This document shows positions 40,545 through 54,653 of a DNA stretch of 64,000 nt, piece by piece. The position numbers and the translations under genes are program-made. The notes under the pieces are model-generated. The model worked only from the letters and a program-made list of their open reading frames with translations, was not told the origin of the DNA and searched no databases. Each line of letters begins with the position of its first letter. Position 1 is the stretch's first letter. The DNA is from Octopus vulgaris (lineage: Eukaryota), in contig OX597824.1 of NCBI GenBank assembly GCA_951406725.2, positions 28,768,001-28,832,000 on the forward strand, read 5' to 3'.

Positions 40545-40813
40545 CGTGATCAATTGGTCGACCAGATTATCAAATGTCGCTACACATCACTGGTCACAAT
40601 GCGCTTTGCATCGTTTCAGCTGCCTAGGCATGTACGCCAGTATTCAGCCTATTTCGAAAGTTTGTCAATCACAGGATTACCTGTTTACAGCTAAGTGGAC
40701 TGGGGGCATGGGAAATGAAACGTTTTGCTTGAGAACACAGGGCACAGTCGATTTGAGAATCGAAGCTACGATCTCACGATTAGCAGTGGAATACACCTAA
40801 CCATTAGGCCATG
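40543..40813 (-). mobile_element. SINE with D-type head and C-type tail 1, diverged
   Basis: CTGGTCACAATGCGC tail with GAAATGAAACGTTTTGCTTGAGAACAC head block. Confidence 0.72.
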
Positions 40814-40824
40814 TATATATATAT

Positions 40825-41135
40825 ATCACCGTGACCACCGTGACCGACCAGGCTATCAGATGTAGCTACACATCGCTGGTCACAATGCGCCTCGCATTGT
40901 TTTAGCCTTCAAATGACACCACCCCGCTGGCTAAGCGAGCACGCCAACAGAAGAAAGAATGATGGAAAGGTGTGGCGAAAGAGTACAGCAGGGATCGCCA
41001 CCACCTCCTGTCGGAGCCTCGTGGAGCTATAGGTGTTTTCGTTCAATAAACACTCACAACGCCCGGTCTGGGAATCGAAACCGCGATCCTACAACCGTGA
41101 GTCCGCTGCCCTAACCACTGGGCCATTGCGCCTCC
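40825..41135 (-). mobile_element. SINE family C (tail 1), full length
   Basis: Reverse complement of 8170-8463. Confidence 0.92.
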
Positions 41136-41254
41136 ATATATATATACATATATACATATGTACATATGTGTATATATATGCATATATATATATATACATA
41201 TTTATGCATATATATGTGTGTGGGTAAAGAGAGAAAGTGAAAGATGCAAACGAT

Positions 41255-41327
<73 letters not shown>

Positions 41328-42296
41328 GTAGGTAGGTAGGTAGGTAGGTAGGTAGGTAGGTAGGTAGGTAGGTAGGTAGGTAAGTAGGTAGGTAGATGGA
41401 TTGTTGTAGATATATTCTAATTTACTTAACTGATAATTCAATATAATGCCGAATAGGTTTCTTACCTTATCTACTAACTAATACACCTGAATAATATTTA
41501 AATCGATGTTTTGTTGTATGTGTATCTTCAGTGTTTGTGTAAATAAGATTAGCAGATATAACTGGCTTAACTTGTGGCGAGCTTAAGCAATAGGCATGCG
41601 CAAATGGAAGCTAGGACAGAGGATTTTGAATCACGGTTTAGTCAATACAAAGAATAAGAAATGGTATTATCAAGGCATATGAATAGATCAAATCTTGAAA
41701 TGCTTTTTGAACAAATGGAAGCAATCAGCTAGCAATAACCTTACAATACTGGATGTTAGAAGGAACTTGTTTAGAATACATATATCTTCACTATCAGCAT
41801 CTAAAGCTTATAACGCCATGTCAGATTTGAAACCAGTGGTATGGAGAAGAACACCGCCTAAGAATTATAAATACAGAAATATCAAGGAAGCGAATAATTA
41901 TTCGAAATAAATGGTTACATAATATTTTCAATTCTCGTTAATCCCTATCAAACCTGAAGAAAACATCCTTGGCATCCGCTTTTGAATTAAAACAAAATTC
42001 CAAATGTTAGAATTACTTGTACATTTTTGAAGTTTTTAAGTACAACGACTTATGAATTACACAAAATTTGTTATCCTTCAGACATAAATGAACTGACACC
42101 GGTATTTCCAGTGCCTTCATATATGAACATATTTACTGCAGACATAAACTGGACAGGAAGTAAAGAATGCTCTACAGACTTGTAGTAATGATTTAACATG
42201 AGAACAATTATCACCACCACTACCATTTCTTCTACAACTACTACTACTACTACAACTACTACTAAGAAGAAGAAGAAGAAGAAGAAGAAGAAACAC

Positions 42297-42458
42297 ATGC
42301 TGGTGTGTTTACGTCCCCATTACTTAGCGGTTCAACAAAATAGACCGATAGAATAAGTACTAGGCTTCCAAAGAATAAGTCCTGGGGTCGATTTGCTCGA
42401 CTAAAGGTGGTGCTCCTGCATGGCTGCAGTCAAATGACTGAAACAAGTAAAAGAGTAA
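42297..42458 (+). mobile_element. SINE family A, 3' half
   Basis: ATGCTGGTGTGTTTACGTCCCC...GAAACAAGTAAAAGAGT. Confidence 0.9.
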
Positions 42459-42514
42459 CATAATTACTACCAAATATTTAACAAATCTACATTAACGTTA
42501 AATATTTGGTTACA

Positions 42515-42855
42515 CTTAATGTCGGATGAGATAAAAAAATGAAGAGATGTGACAAAAGGAAGAGGAGCAGGTGCCGGTGAAAGAACAGATCCTGAAGCGT
42601 ATGTGAAGTAGGATAGGACACACATTTAGAAAACCGGCATTTTGCATTACACATCAGACCCTGGCCCGGAACATATGAGAAAGGGGAAAGAGGGTGAGAT
42701 AACAATATGAAGGGGCTTGATAATGAGGCACTGTTTAAAAAATCCCGGCCTCTAACTTTTGAGAAGCGGAAAAGATAAGCCAAAGTCAAGAACAGTAGAA
42801 ATAGGTCGGCAAAAACCTATGCTCCACAGAGAGGTGGAGCTTAGGAAATAAGTAC
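42515..42855 (+). mobile_element. RTE-like LINE 3' end, strongly decayed
   Basis: Remnants of PVKEQILKR...IGHTFRKP..CITHQTL and the terminal CTATGCTCCAC motif. Confidence 0.55.
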
Positions 42856-43585
42856 ATTTAATGTCGAATAAATTTTGATTCCTAACTGTCTAAAATGAAT
42901 CCCGCAGCTGGCCAATACGATATATTTAGTTGTCCAAGCCCGCTTGCGATTCTTTCCGTAGTCACACAACCTATGAGAAATAACAGATAAATATCCGTCC
43001 AATCGCACTTTATCGTGTCAACACAGAACAAAGAAGACAGTAACAGGGGAGGCTCAGATACAATTCATTTAGGAAAAAAAAACTGAAGGACAGACGCACT
43101 GTACAAGGATGTGTATTCAGGTGGGTGGAACAGGGGTAAGCAACAACTAAATAACAGTTGTTAGGCTTCATACAATGAAACCCAATAATGCTTCTTGGGC
43201 CTGAAAATGGCAACGTCAAGATATTCGAAAGAATTAACGATAAAATAAAGGAAAATGATGGTTGGATACACAGAGATCTTCGAATGTAGTTAAAATGAGA
43301 TAATATAAGTGTAGACATATACAAAGGTATAAAAACAGAAATAAAGGCACTTCACTTTCTGAAAATATCTGCGAACTGAAAAGAAAAGAATTATCTGTTA
43401 AAACGTAAAGTGGAAGTTATTTTCCTTCACTAAGACTTCTACAATCGCTAAACCAAAATACTACATTTGGAAAACTAAGATATTTATGATATTCAAATAC
43501 TACTGGATACAGGTATATATACATTAATACGTATGTATATATAGGAGGATGTACAGAAATATTTTATGCAATTACATCATTATAT

Positions 43586-43641
<56 letters not shown>

Positions 43642-43953
43642 CGTGCTTGTGTATAAAATGTAGTTACATAAAATATTTTTAGGTCTAGATAGTGGTATAT
43701 AAAAAATATTGAAATATTTTGTGTGTGTATGAGTGTGTCTATACAGAGAGAGACAGAGAGAGCTAACAGATGAGATCGAGAGAGACACTGTATAGAAAAC
43801 AAAAGCGCTCAAAAGATTTGAACTTCGAAATCTTAACCGAGGACCCAGTCGGCGGAGTAAATAGTAGTTGTAAGGTGAATCCAAGAGAGCAGATATGGAG
43901 ACAATGATGCAAATAAACAGATAAGACTCCTTGGGTCTGATATACAAAATATA

Positions 43954-44247
43954 AAGGGTAGGTAAAAAGTTACTAGGCATTAAAATTGGTAATAAAATCC
44001 ATTTTCCTTTTACGAATTTATTGAAACAAATGATACATGTTCTTTAGTACTTGGGAAAATGGAAGTAAATCTTCATATTTCAACGTAAGCACTGGTGACG
44101 TCAACCAGTTTCCTCAAACGGCCAGGGATGGAATGAATAACCTTCTGAAACACATCTTCTGGTATATCATGGAGAACCACCCGAATCCGTGTCTCCAAGT
44201 CCTCCAATGTGCGAGGTTTTGTCTTGTACACCTCTTTTGTGCGTATC
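43954..44247 (-). mobile_element. Tc1/mariner-superfamily transposon 3' end
   Basis: KEVYKTKPRTLEDLETRIRVVLHDIPEDVFQKVIHSIPGRLRKLVDVTSAYVEI*, then TIR-like AGGGTAGGTAAAAAGTTACT. Confidence 0.82.
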
Positions 44248-44249
44248 AA

Positions 44250-44748
44250 GACCATTATCCCCACCCTAGGACAAATACCTCCATAGGACAATTCTCCCCG
44301 ACGACAACTTCCTCTTAGGACAATTACACCCACCCCCCGATTAATTACCTCTCTCCAATATATTAAGAAGTTTTAAATCATCATCTAAGAGTGCAAATTA
44401 TACGCGATTCCACGCAAGTATTGTATCACATTCGTGCTTTCATAATTGCTAACTACGGCATTAATACGGGCTGAAATATCTAAATATTTCTTTCTAGATA
44501 GCTGTTTAGTAAAACCCGTCAAGGATTGAGTTGTAATGCTTGCTCTCTTTTGATATATTTTAAAAGCCTCCGAATGTTTGGGTTGTGACAACCAGCATTT
44601 GATAAGAAAAAATAAAACTCCTGTGCCACCCTTCCAAAGCATTGTTTGTCCTTGGAAGTTCATCCGACGTTCTGTTGTATATATTCCATAAATCCATTCC
44701 AACCAACGGGTTTCGCCGTCTTCTTCTTCGACATGTTCGTCCTAAATG
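44250..44748 (-). mobile_element. Mutator-like (Phantom-type) transposon 3' end
   Basis: LWNIYNRTSDELPRTNNALEGWHRSF...NPNIRRLLKYIKREQ...KKYLDISARI...YLRGIAYNL; terminal ~17-bp tandem subrepeats GGACAA(A/T)TACC(T/C)C. Confidence 0.85.
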
Positions 44749-44750
44749 TG

Positions 44751-44790
44751 TATTGGGTTGTCCGGAAAGTTCGTGCCGATTTATAGTAGC
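44751..44790. mobile_element. Solo mariner-like TIR
   Basis: TA-TTGGGTTGTCCGGAAAGTTCGTGCCGATTT resembles mariner TIRs; no partner seen. Confidence 0.5.
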
Positions 44791-44869
44791 TACCTCTTGA
44801 CTTGGTTAACGTTCAAGAATAAATATGTATTTAATCGTCTTAAAATCTTTCAATATACATGTGTGTGTG

Positions 44870-44953
<84 letters not shown>

Positions 44954-45300
44954 TGTGTGTGCGTGTGTGTACTCTACATCATATAGTATTATAACACAGA
45001 CTTCAGCCAAAGAATGTGGCCTTGCTGGCGTACACCTCTTGGCGCAAATGTTTGTTTATTTTAGACTCATTTCTTGGTCCTGTCTCTGGAATTGGTTCTG
45101 GTGCAAAAGCGAATTTGACAGAGCTGTCCTTCTCTGCATTTCTAGTTGTGAATGGGGTATACAGACCGTCAGAGAGATAGACTGAACACAAAGATGGAGA
45201 GACGGGCCTGGCAGAAAGCACATAGGTTATATTTTGTTATCGATTTATTTTCATAGTCCTTTCTTAGATTAAAACATGTAAGTAAATATACATGTATGTA

Positions 45301-45391
<91 letters not shown>

Positions 45392-45393
<2 letters not shown>

Positions 45394-45493
45394 CGGGAAG
45401 CTTTATGAAAATAGACAAAAGACGAAGGCAGGTGGAAAACAAACAAACAATTGTATTAGTATGGCGCTCAGGAAATATAAATAAAACAAGTCT
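45392..45493 (-). mobile_element. PLE-type tail P1, lacking the HHR
   Basis: Reverse complement of 1833-1964. Confidence 0.8.
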
Positions 45494-45500
45494 ATATATA

Positions 45501-45749
45501 TAAAATAAAATACAAAATGGGACAAGAACGCAAAACATCCGGACAACTAGATGATACAAAAGGGCACAACAAAACATCCAGATAGATGATACAAAAAAAA
45601 AACACGGACGGATCATTCGAAACCTTTTATCTTCAGTCAAGAACCGGATCATCCTCGCAATTTCGGCTGATTAATCTTGAGATTGCTCCAATTTGGCCAG
45701 CTCCGAGAAAAAAACTAAGCTAAGAGCATTAGATTCCTTGGAAAGAAAG

Positions 45750-45752
<3 letters not shown>
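45501..45752 (-). mobile_element. Unclassified TA-flanked island, possibly a PLE-type tail
   Basis: Minus strand CTGAAGA...TTCGAATGATCCGTC; internal direct repeat CAAAACATCC..TAGATGATACAAAA. Confidence 0.4.
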
Positions 45753-45785
<33 letters not shown>

Positions 45786-45788
<3 letters not shown>

Positions 45789-46052
45789 AAAATGTTATAA
45801 TTATGAGCATAATTACGTAAGCACAAACTAAATATTGCTGTCTGGGAGATATCTTATGGTAGTATAATAGTATTTTAACTGCTATTTCTAAATTTCGGTT
45901 TGTGGTGAAGCAAATTTTGCTAAACCCTAATTATAATTATGCTCATAATTATAAAATTTTTGTACAAATTTACCGACAATGGTTTCTCTTAATATACCGA
46001 ACTACTTGGTAAAATTATTAACTATTAATTGATTAATTAATTTTACCCTTTA
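45786..46052. mobile_element. Foldback mini-element with one-sided tail (same family as 11453-11696)
   Basis: Arms TTATAATTATGAGCATAATTA / TAATTATGCTCATAATTATAA; tail ends TTTTACCCTTT. Confidence 0.78.
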
Positions 46053-46053
46053 C

Positions 46054-46095
<42 letters not shown>

Positions 46096-46145
46096 CATTA
46101 TTATTATTATTATTATTATTATCATCATCATTATCATTATTATTG

Positions 46146-46188
<43 letters not shown>

Positions 46189-46569
46189 ATATATATATAT
46201 ATATATATAAACACACTCACACATATATATGCCTGTACGTGTGTGTGTGTTTGTGTGTGTGCATGTGTTTGTGTTTGTGTGTATGACGTGCGGTGCTCGT
46301 TGAATGCGATTTGATGTATGAGGCATAACTAGTATGTATGACAACATATGTATTAGAGTCGTAGATACATACTTGTCAGTGCCGTTTACGATGAATCATT
46401 ATTTCCTTTCAAAACAATGAACTCGTAACATGCCAGGACGGAAATACTTTAAATTAAACAAAAGAGATATTCTTTACGATGTGGAATGCCACTTTCGGGC
46501 CTATTATGCTGTAGCTATTCAGGTCGAGGGACCTGAATAATATTTACATACACAAATATTTACATACAT

Positions 46570-46640
46570 AAAGGTGGTGCTCCAGCATGGCCGCAGTCAA
46601 ATGACTGAAACGAGTAAAAGAGTAAAAGAGTAAAAGAGTA
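46570..46640 (+). mobile_element. SINE family A, 3' terminal fragment
   Basis: AAAGGTGGTGCTCCAGCATGGCC...(GAGTAAAA)n. Confidence 0.88.
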
Positions 46641-46753
46641 AACACGCACACACACACATGCACACTCAATCACACTCAAACATGCACTCACATGCACTTG
46701 CACGCACGCATGCACGCACATATATATGTACTTACATATATGCATTTAAATGA

Positions 46754-46796
<43 letters not shown>

Positions 46797-46804
<8 letters not shown>

Positions 46805-47137
46805 TTGCAAGATTTTTGATGTAAAATCGTGTGTTGAAACAGATATTGTTGTATTTAGGAATTGTCATTTTGCCAGATTAGCCAATAAAAGAATGAAGAC
46901 ACATACAATAGAAATACAAAATACAAAATTGCTGACCGTTAGTAAGGAGATACACACAAATAAGAAAGAAGAAAGCAAAATACCACTGAAGCGGTCACAG
47001 GAGTGTGAAGAAAGAACTCTGGCCGAAATAAGATTAAAAATTAAAGTAAAAAATAAATAACGCTGAAGCACAGTAACACCAAATATATAGTGCATGTGTT
47101 TTTATTGGCTAAACAGGCAAAATGACCATTCCTAAAT

Positions 47138-47142
<5 letters not shown>
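46797..47142. mobile_element. TA-flanked element with ~42-bp inverted repeat (two opposed PLE-type tails)
   Basis: TTGTATTTAGGAATTGTCATTTTGCC...TTAGCCAATAAAA vs its inverse at 47100-47141; GAAAC agatatt GTT precedes the left arm. Confidence 0.68.
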
Positions 47143-47197
<55 letters not shown>

Positions 47198-47348
47198 CCA
47201 AATATATACGTTTTTATTATTTTTTTGCAATTTACTTAATCTTCGGTATATTATTGTTACTTTAATTTTAATATTTCTATTATATGTAATTTTCTAGATG
47301 GTGTAATTTAATTGTTCATTTTGAATTGATAAAAGGTATTTTTTTCTA

Positions 47349-47384
<36 letters not shown>

Positions 47385-47546
47385 ATTCATAGGCATATAT
47401 GTGTACATATATATATACATATATATATATATTCTGAGTATTCCAAGCGTATATATATATATATATATATATATACACAATTATATATATTCTGAGTAAT
47501 CCAGGCGTATCTTAATGTAATCCTTACCGTTCTCTGTATATCCTGA

Positions 47547-47640
47547 TGATTTTCCATACAGGGTATTTCAAATGCAAAATTATATATTCATATATGCTTT
47601 GTAATTTTAATTTTGTCTTTGAAATGAAACAATTGTATAT
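47547..47640 (+). ncRNA. Hammerhead-like motif running into (TA)n
   Basis: CTGATGA...ATTTCAAA..CAAAATTA/TAATTTTG..TTTGAAAT-GAA-ACAATTGT-A; 3' strand of stem I largely lost. Confidence 0.45.
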
Positions 47641-47643
47641 ATG

Positions 47644-47723
<80 letters not shown>

Positions 47724-48130
47724 GTGTTTGTGTGTTTGTGTGTATGTGTGCAATTTGTACACTACTATATACAATATACGTACATGTATGCAAAGACACA
47801 TACCCACATATGTACAAACTGAGACCGGATAATTACTATGCAAAAAAATAACAAAAACAAACATTTTTCTTTTCCTTTATTTCCACACATTTTTTGATCT
47901 ACTGCGAATACTGAATGTGAATTACTTTCATTTAAGTTCTCTCGTAAACCAGAAATTTTATATGTAGTTTAACTTGCTTTAAAAGTTGTTGACTACGGAC
48001 AGGGTTTTAGGCATAATCTGTTCTCTGGGGACGAAATACTATAGAAGTTTCTAGAATATGTAAACAAATATTCTACCCTTCTGATAACAATGTACATCCG
48101 TATGAGCGTGTGTATTTGATGTATTATATA

Positions 48131-48168
<38 letters not shown>

Positions 48169-48197
48169 AACGAATCAAACTGTTTAAATAGTAACAA

Positions 48198-48304
<107 letters not shown>

Positions 48305-48842
48305 GTAGTAGTAGTAGTAATTCACACACAATCACAAACACACTCGCACACACACACACACATATATACCTTTAGATAGGTAGATGGATATCTATATTTG
48401 TATATATTCATATACACGTGTGTATGTAAGTATGTATGTATGTATGTATGTATGTACATATGTATGTACGTATGTATGCATGTATGTATGTATGTATGTG
48501 TGTGTGTGTATGTATGTATATATGTATGTATGTATGCATGTATGTATGTATGCATGTATGCATGCATGCATGTATGTATACAAGTGTATGTTATTTAGAG
48601 ATATTTTCATGCCCCTATGTATAAAGGTGAGAGTTCGCATTGTGGAATTCCTGAATTTATTAAAATTGATGTGTTGTTTGCATGCAGCAATAGATTTTTT
48701 TTCTTTTCCCTTCGCAACAAACATTGCAATGTTTCTCTGACAACGGGAATTCTATTACCTTTAAGTAAAATTTTGGTAAAGAAGAATGTCTTTTACTAAG
48801 ACACTTCGTTTCTTCACGTTAGATTTTTGTTTTCAAATGTTG

Positions 48843-48880
<38 letters not shown>

Positions 48881-49049
48881 ATGTATGTATATGTATGTTT
48901 ATGTATGTATGTATGTATGTATGTATGCATGTATGCATATATGTATGTATGTACCTTTATATATATAGGCATATGTATATGTATGTATATACGTACGCAT
49001 GTATGTATGCACGTATGTATGTATGTATATATATATATTTATATATATT

Positions 49050-49081
<32 letters not shown>

Positions 49082-49143
49082 CGTATTTATGTATATATAT
49101 AAATATATATGTATATAATATTATGTATTATATTTATATGTAT

Positions 49144-49229
<86 letters not shown>

Positions 49230-49434
49230 TGTATGTATGTATGTATGCATGCATGCATGTATGTATGTATGTATGTATGTATGTATGTATGTATGTATGT
49301 ATGCATGTATGTACGTATTATATATAAATAAATATATATATATTCATACACTAGCGCGCGCTAATATCTAACAGTGAGAATGAGTACTCAGCACCGTAAT
49401 TGGGGATAAATATTTTTACAACGCCACCGTTAAG

Positions 49435-49687
49435 TTCATGCACAGAGAAATCTCTTAACAATTATTAAGCTTGCTACATAGAACGTTGGTATTCGTTTCT
49501 ATCTTAGGTGAGAATACACGAGCCTAAACGAGATTGCATGGGATTTGGGATGAATACATCTACAGATCCCTGGCTCCCGTATAGCCACGTGTAGCTTTGT
49601 GTATTCTCATCCATTGTATATTAATCGAGTACCAACGTTCTATGCAGCAGACTTTTTAATTGTTGAAATATTTCTATCAGCATGAAA
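49435..49687. mobile_element. Foldback element, ~250 bp
   Basis: CATAGAACGTTGGTATTCG vs CGAGTACCAACGTTCTATG; TGAGAATACAC vs GTGTATTCTCA; TTCATGC vs GCATGAA at the ends. Confidence 0.82.
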
Positions 49688-49939
49688 CCAATAGTAATCT
49701 TGTTTAACACACAAATAAAGTAAAAACTAACACACTTATATATGAGAGACAGAGCGATAGAGCTGCCTGTATTCTAAAAGTTTACGTTATATATGTAAAT
49801 GCCTGCGTGAGTGCGTATGTGTGCCCACGTGAATATATATATATATATATTAAAAAACAAATAGAGAATCCTTTAATAGATGTTTCGTGGATAAAAGTAT
49901 TTACATTTTTCTCAAAATTTGCAGCTGTAGTACTAGCAG

Positions 49940-50086
<147 letters not shown>

Positions 50087-50329
50087 ATTTCAAGCAGCAC
50101 CAGTTGGCGTCAGTCACTAAGGATTGGTTATTAATATTATTGTCCGTGCTAGTCGTGTAGTAACTGTATCAATCTAACTAGCAGAAGCAGCTGTGACAGA
50201 TTCAGTGATATTTGAAACAACAGCAAATGAAACACTAGTTTCAAGCTGCAGTCGTTGAAGCAGCAGCATTCTCAGTCGTTTTAAAAGTTTCCTCCCTGTT
50301 TCTCCCACAATTATTTAGAAGTGTTCGTT

Positions 50330-51900
50330 GTAGTTGCGTTGTTGTGTTTCGCAATCACTAAATTTGTATGAGAGGAAGATCGTTGAATTTGGTTGTTTCT
50401 TGTCTGCACATGTGTCTATACGTATGCGGTTCTGTTTGTCTGTACTTCTGTATTTCAATCCGTGATCTATGCAGTCCTGTGTTGTCTGCAGGACAGCCCA
50501 GTTAACCCGATATAATTTTCTCTACATCTCGAGGATATAATTGCTTGATTTGGTTTCCGGATGCGCTGGAGATGTTTTCAATTATTGTGAAAAATTGTTC
50601 TTATTTATATCGGATCTCTTATTATTCCGTCAAGTTAAAATATATACCATAATTGGATCTTCACCATATTTGTTTTACTGTCGGTTCTAATTTGTATTGT
50701 GAGAAGTTTGGTGCTTGTTAATTTTTTTCTTACATATATTTGGACTGTCTTTTACTCCGTATGATGGTATGAGTTTGGAGGATTTGGCTCAGTCTTGGGC
50801 CTTTTCTATCACCATAATGTTTTGGAATATGATGTTGCAAGCCTCATTATTTTTAGAATCGTAGGTGGTAAAGCATATCATGATTTTCAATTTCGATGTT
50901 TTTTTTTATTTATTAATTTACTTTGCATGTTTATCTTAGTTCCAGGACACAGAGTTTCTCGGCTTGTTGTATTCTATTATCAATTAAGGATAGCGGATAA
51001 TTCATGTGAAGAAGTGTGTAATTCAGTTCTTGAAGTTTTATATCATGGGTGTTTTACTTGATACAATTGTGTAGATCCATTTTGGCAATGCTTTATGGGA
51101 AATTTATTCTGTTGTAGCTCGGATGGCACGAACTGAATTATGAATTTTATTTCGAGTTCATAGCTTTATACTAAGTAACCGTCTCTATTAAGTTAGTGAC
51201 TTTTTTATTGATATTAAAAAAATGGGAGCTAGTATTCGCTATATTTCCCGATAAATTCGATGCTTTTGTAAATTCCATTCAGAAGTGTTTTCAATTCTTT
51301 TAATTTCTCTATACTTTCATTCCATAGAATAAAGCAATCATCGAAGCAACGTTTTTCGATTTCTTGCATATATTTAAAGAAATAGTTCCAATATTTTGTA
51401 TTGATTTTTGTTATATCATAGTCTCTAGAAACCTCTAGATTCTCTAAGGAGAGAACTGTTCTCTTCTCCATCGCAGTTACTGATAGTTTATTGAAAATGT
51501 TGTCATTGAACATGAAGTAAATATTTTCTAGAATAAATTTTAGTCCTGTTATAATTTTTTATTTACATTATGGGTCAGTTCATTTGCATAATTATCCAAT
51601 CAGATTTTAATGGCCTCAATTCTTTAGTCGTGAGGGATATTAATAACGTTTCCTAACATCGAATGGCACAATCAAAGAGTTTTCAGTGACTGTTTTCTGA
51701 AAGGTAATTTAATATATACAGTCGCCTCTTATGAAATTACTCAGACCATCTATTATTGCGGTTAATTTCTGATCACTTGACGAGGACACAATAATGTGCA
51801 TGTCAGTGGTTCGTTAACATGCTTCACTTACTTTTTCACTTTGGTCAAGTTTGGTATATAACCACTCATATTCGCCGTTATACACGCCATTATAACTTCA
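50330..51900 (-). mobile_element. Decayed Penelope-like retroelement (RT + GIY-YIG endonuclease)
   Basis: In order on the minus strand: LIVPFDV...NIPHD..IEAIK; FMFNDNIFNKLSVTAME (GTAMG remnant); RCFDDCFILW (YIDD); LPFFNI; SSCHP; CRENYIGLTG (YIG motif). Many stops and frameshifts. Confidence 0.88.
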
Positions 51901-52119
51901 ACTACAAGATGATTCTATGAAGAATTATAAATGGTGATAGTGGATTTGGTAAATTTAGGGTTCCAAAACTGCAAGGAAATCATATACAAAGATATATTAA
52001 AAAAGAACTTAAACAAAAATATAAAACTATAGCACATTCTTGAGCTCAATACATGTTTAGGAGAAAAGTTTTCTCCATAAGTATATAAATATGTGTGCGT
52101 GTGTGTGTAAACATACATA

Positions 52120-52215
<96 letters not shown>

Positions 52216-52329
52216 CATATGTATATACATATACATATACATATACATATATAAGTATATTTCCATATATATTTTATGTGTGTGTGTGTGTGTGTTGAAG
52301 TGTATTGAATTTACAGCTTTCTCAGACAA

Positions 52330-52860
52330 ATTCTATGGTCTGTTATATACAGGAAAATATCTTACTAAAAATATATTCCAACGTTTACAATAACGATTCC
52401 AAAATTCTGCACAAAATGCATGTATCTTGAACTTCACAATGACATAGGCCCCAAAGCCATCTAAGATATCTCCAGAATTCCTCTCCACCCACATGCCTCA
52501 GAAAAACGTTATTGGCGTCGGAGAAGATAAGGGGAAAATGCCAAAGAATGCGATCTAAATCCGATAAGTTTTTCACCTGTCAATAATTTAGACCATTTAT
52601 TCTTTGCAATGAAAGAATCTTTGCATGAAGTCACATGAAAGATATTTGAAATCACGATTTCAAGATATTTTTTCTTCAGAGTTCTTTTGAAAGTGTTTGG
52701 CAGATCATTAAGCCAAACTTGAATTAAAGATCTTTTCAAATCAAAGAATCCTTATTTGTAACAGCATTTCAAGAAAAATGGTATAATTTCGTGCCTGTAT
52801 TACTGCAGAGGTTTACTGGCAGTATGATTAAAAGGATTATAAAAACCAAAAGATAAACTC
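52330..52860 (+). mobile_element. Probable Tc1-like transposase remnant
   Basis: FESVWQIIKPNLN*RSFQIKESLFVTAFQEKWYNF...LQRFTGSMIKRII resembles the Tc1 C-terminus; upstream part and TIRs not resolved. Confidence 0.5.
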
Positions 52861-53492
52861 GTCCAACTTATTGATTATTAAAATTTGTTTTTGAAATAAC
52901 ATAAATTCAATTTTCAGTTTTTCAAAAAAATATTTGTAATGTAATAAATAATTTAATATCAACAAAAATGAACTCTCTATGAAAGAATTAAAAGATTTTT
53001 GATAGTCTTCTTTTAATTTCCTTGCGTTTTTTCAAGAAATACTTCAAATTTTATTAGTTATTTGATGAATCATTTGCTATTTTCGAAGGTTGTCTTATAA
53101 ATGACGACTTCAAAACATTGAATAAAAACAAATATTTATAATTATCAATGTTTTTTTTTTTACCTCAGTTACTAATCACTAAATTTCCATATGGACGAGC
53201 CGTTCAGTGTCGTGCAGTAAATTTTATCTAGAATTTAGCTATTTAAGTTCATATATATGTAAATTGTTTGTTAGCAGTATATATTTCGTATGATTAATTT
53301 CCTTTCGTTTTTTTTTTCTTTTTCTTTTTTTTTTTAATTTGGAGTAAAAGTTAGAATTTGCAATTCGTAATCCTGGGATTCAGTTTCGGATTTTTGATTC
53401 TACCGACACTTGGCATGTCGCTTGTACTATCTTTCTCGTCTTCTACCATAAGCCTCAAATTGATTAAGCAATTGTGTATATATTTATATATA

Positions 53493-53900
53493 GGCGCAGG
53501 AGTGGCTGTGTGGTAAGTAGCTTGCTAACCAACCACATGGTTCCGGGGTTCAGTCCCACTGCGTGGCATCTTGGGCAAGTGTCTTCTGCTATAGCCCCGG
53601 GCTGACCAATGCCTTGTGAGTGGATTTGGTAGACGGAAACTGAAAGAAGCCCGTCGTATATATGTATATATATATGTGTATGCGTGTATGTTTGTGTGTC
53701 TGTGTTTGTACCCCTAGCATTGCTTGACAACCGATGCTGGTGTGTCTGCGTCCCCGTCACTTAGCGGTTCGGCAAAAGAGACCGATAGAATAAGTACTGG
53801 GCTTACAACGAATAAGTCCCGGGGTCGATTTGCTCGACTAAAGGCGGTGCTCCAGCATGGCCGCAGTCAAAATGACTGAAACAAGTAAAAGAGTAAAGAG
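53493..53900 (+). mobile_element. SINE family A, full length (reference copy)
   Basis: A-box-like TGGCTGTGTGG, B-box-like GGTTCAGTCC, TTGGGCAAGTGTCTT block, internal (TA)/(TG) tract, (AAAAGAGT)n tail. Confidence 0.95.
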
Positions 53901-53929
53901 TATGCCATAACTGAGAATATATCTATATA

Positions 53930-54321
<392 letters not shown>

Positions 54322-54412
54322 TTATAGATATGTATATATGTGCATATATACATATATGAGTGTGTGTGGATGTATATGCACGTATGTATATATGTGTGTG
54401 TGAGTGTGTGTG

Positions 54413-54450
<38 letters not shown>

Positions 54451-54453
<3 letters not shown>

Positions 54454-54653
54454 CCCTCTCTTTCTATTCTCTCTCTTTTTATTTCCTCTCTTTTTTATTC
54501 GCTTTCTGTTTATTTCCTCGTGTTCCTTTCTGTTGAAGAGCGTAGGTCCGAAACGTAAAAGACTTTCCCACCTTCCCGAGCTTTAAACTGATACACCTGT
54601 CTGCTGTTTCTACATCTGTCTTCGTCTTTTGTTTTTTTTGTAAATTCCAACTA

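Noticed and set aside
41560-43400. Possible further decayed transposase or LINE pieces at 41560-41910 and 42880-43400
   Set aside because: Motif remnants too degenerate to assign by eye.
44262-44352. Short direct repeats with spacing, CRISPR-like at first sight
   Set aside because: ~17-bp tandem units without unique spacers, adjoining a MULE transposase end; eukaryotic context with no cas genes.
52385-52739. Minus-strand ORFs with protein-like composition
   Set aside because: No recognisable motif; the plus strand better fits a Tc1-like remnant.
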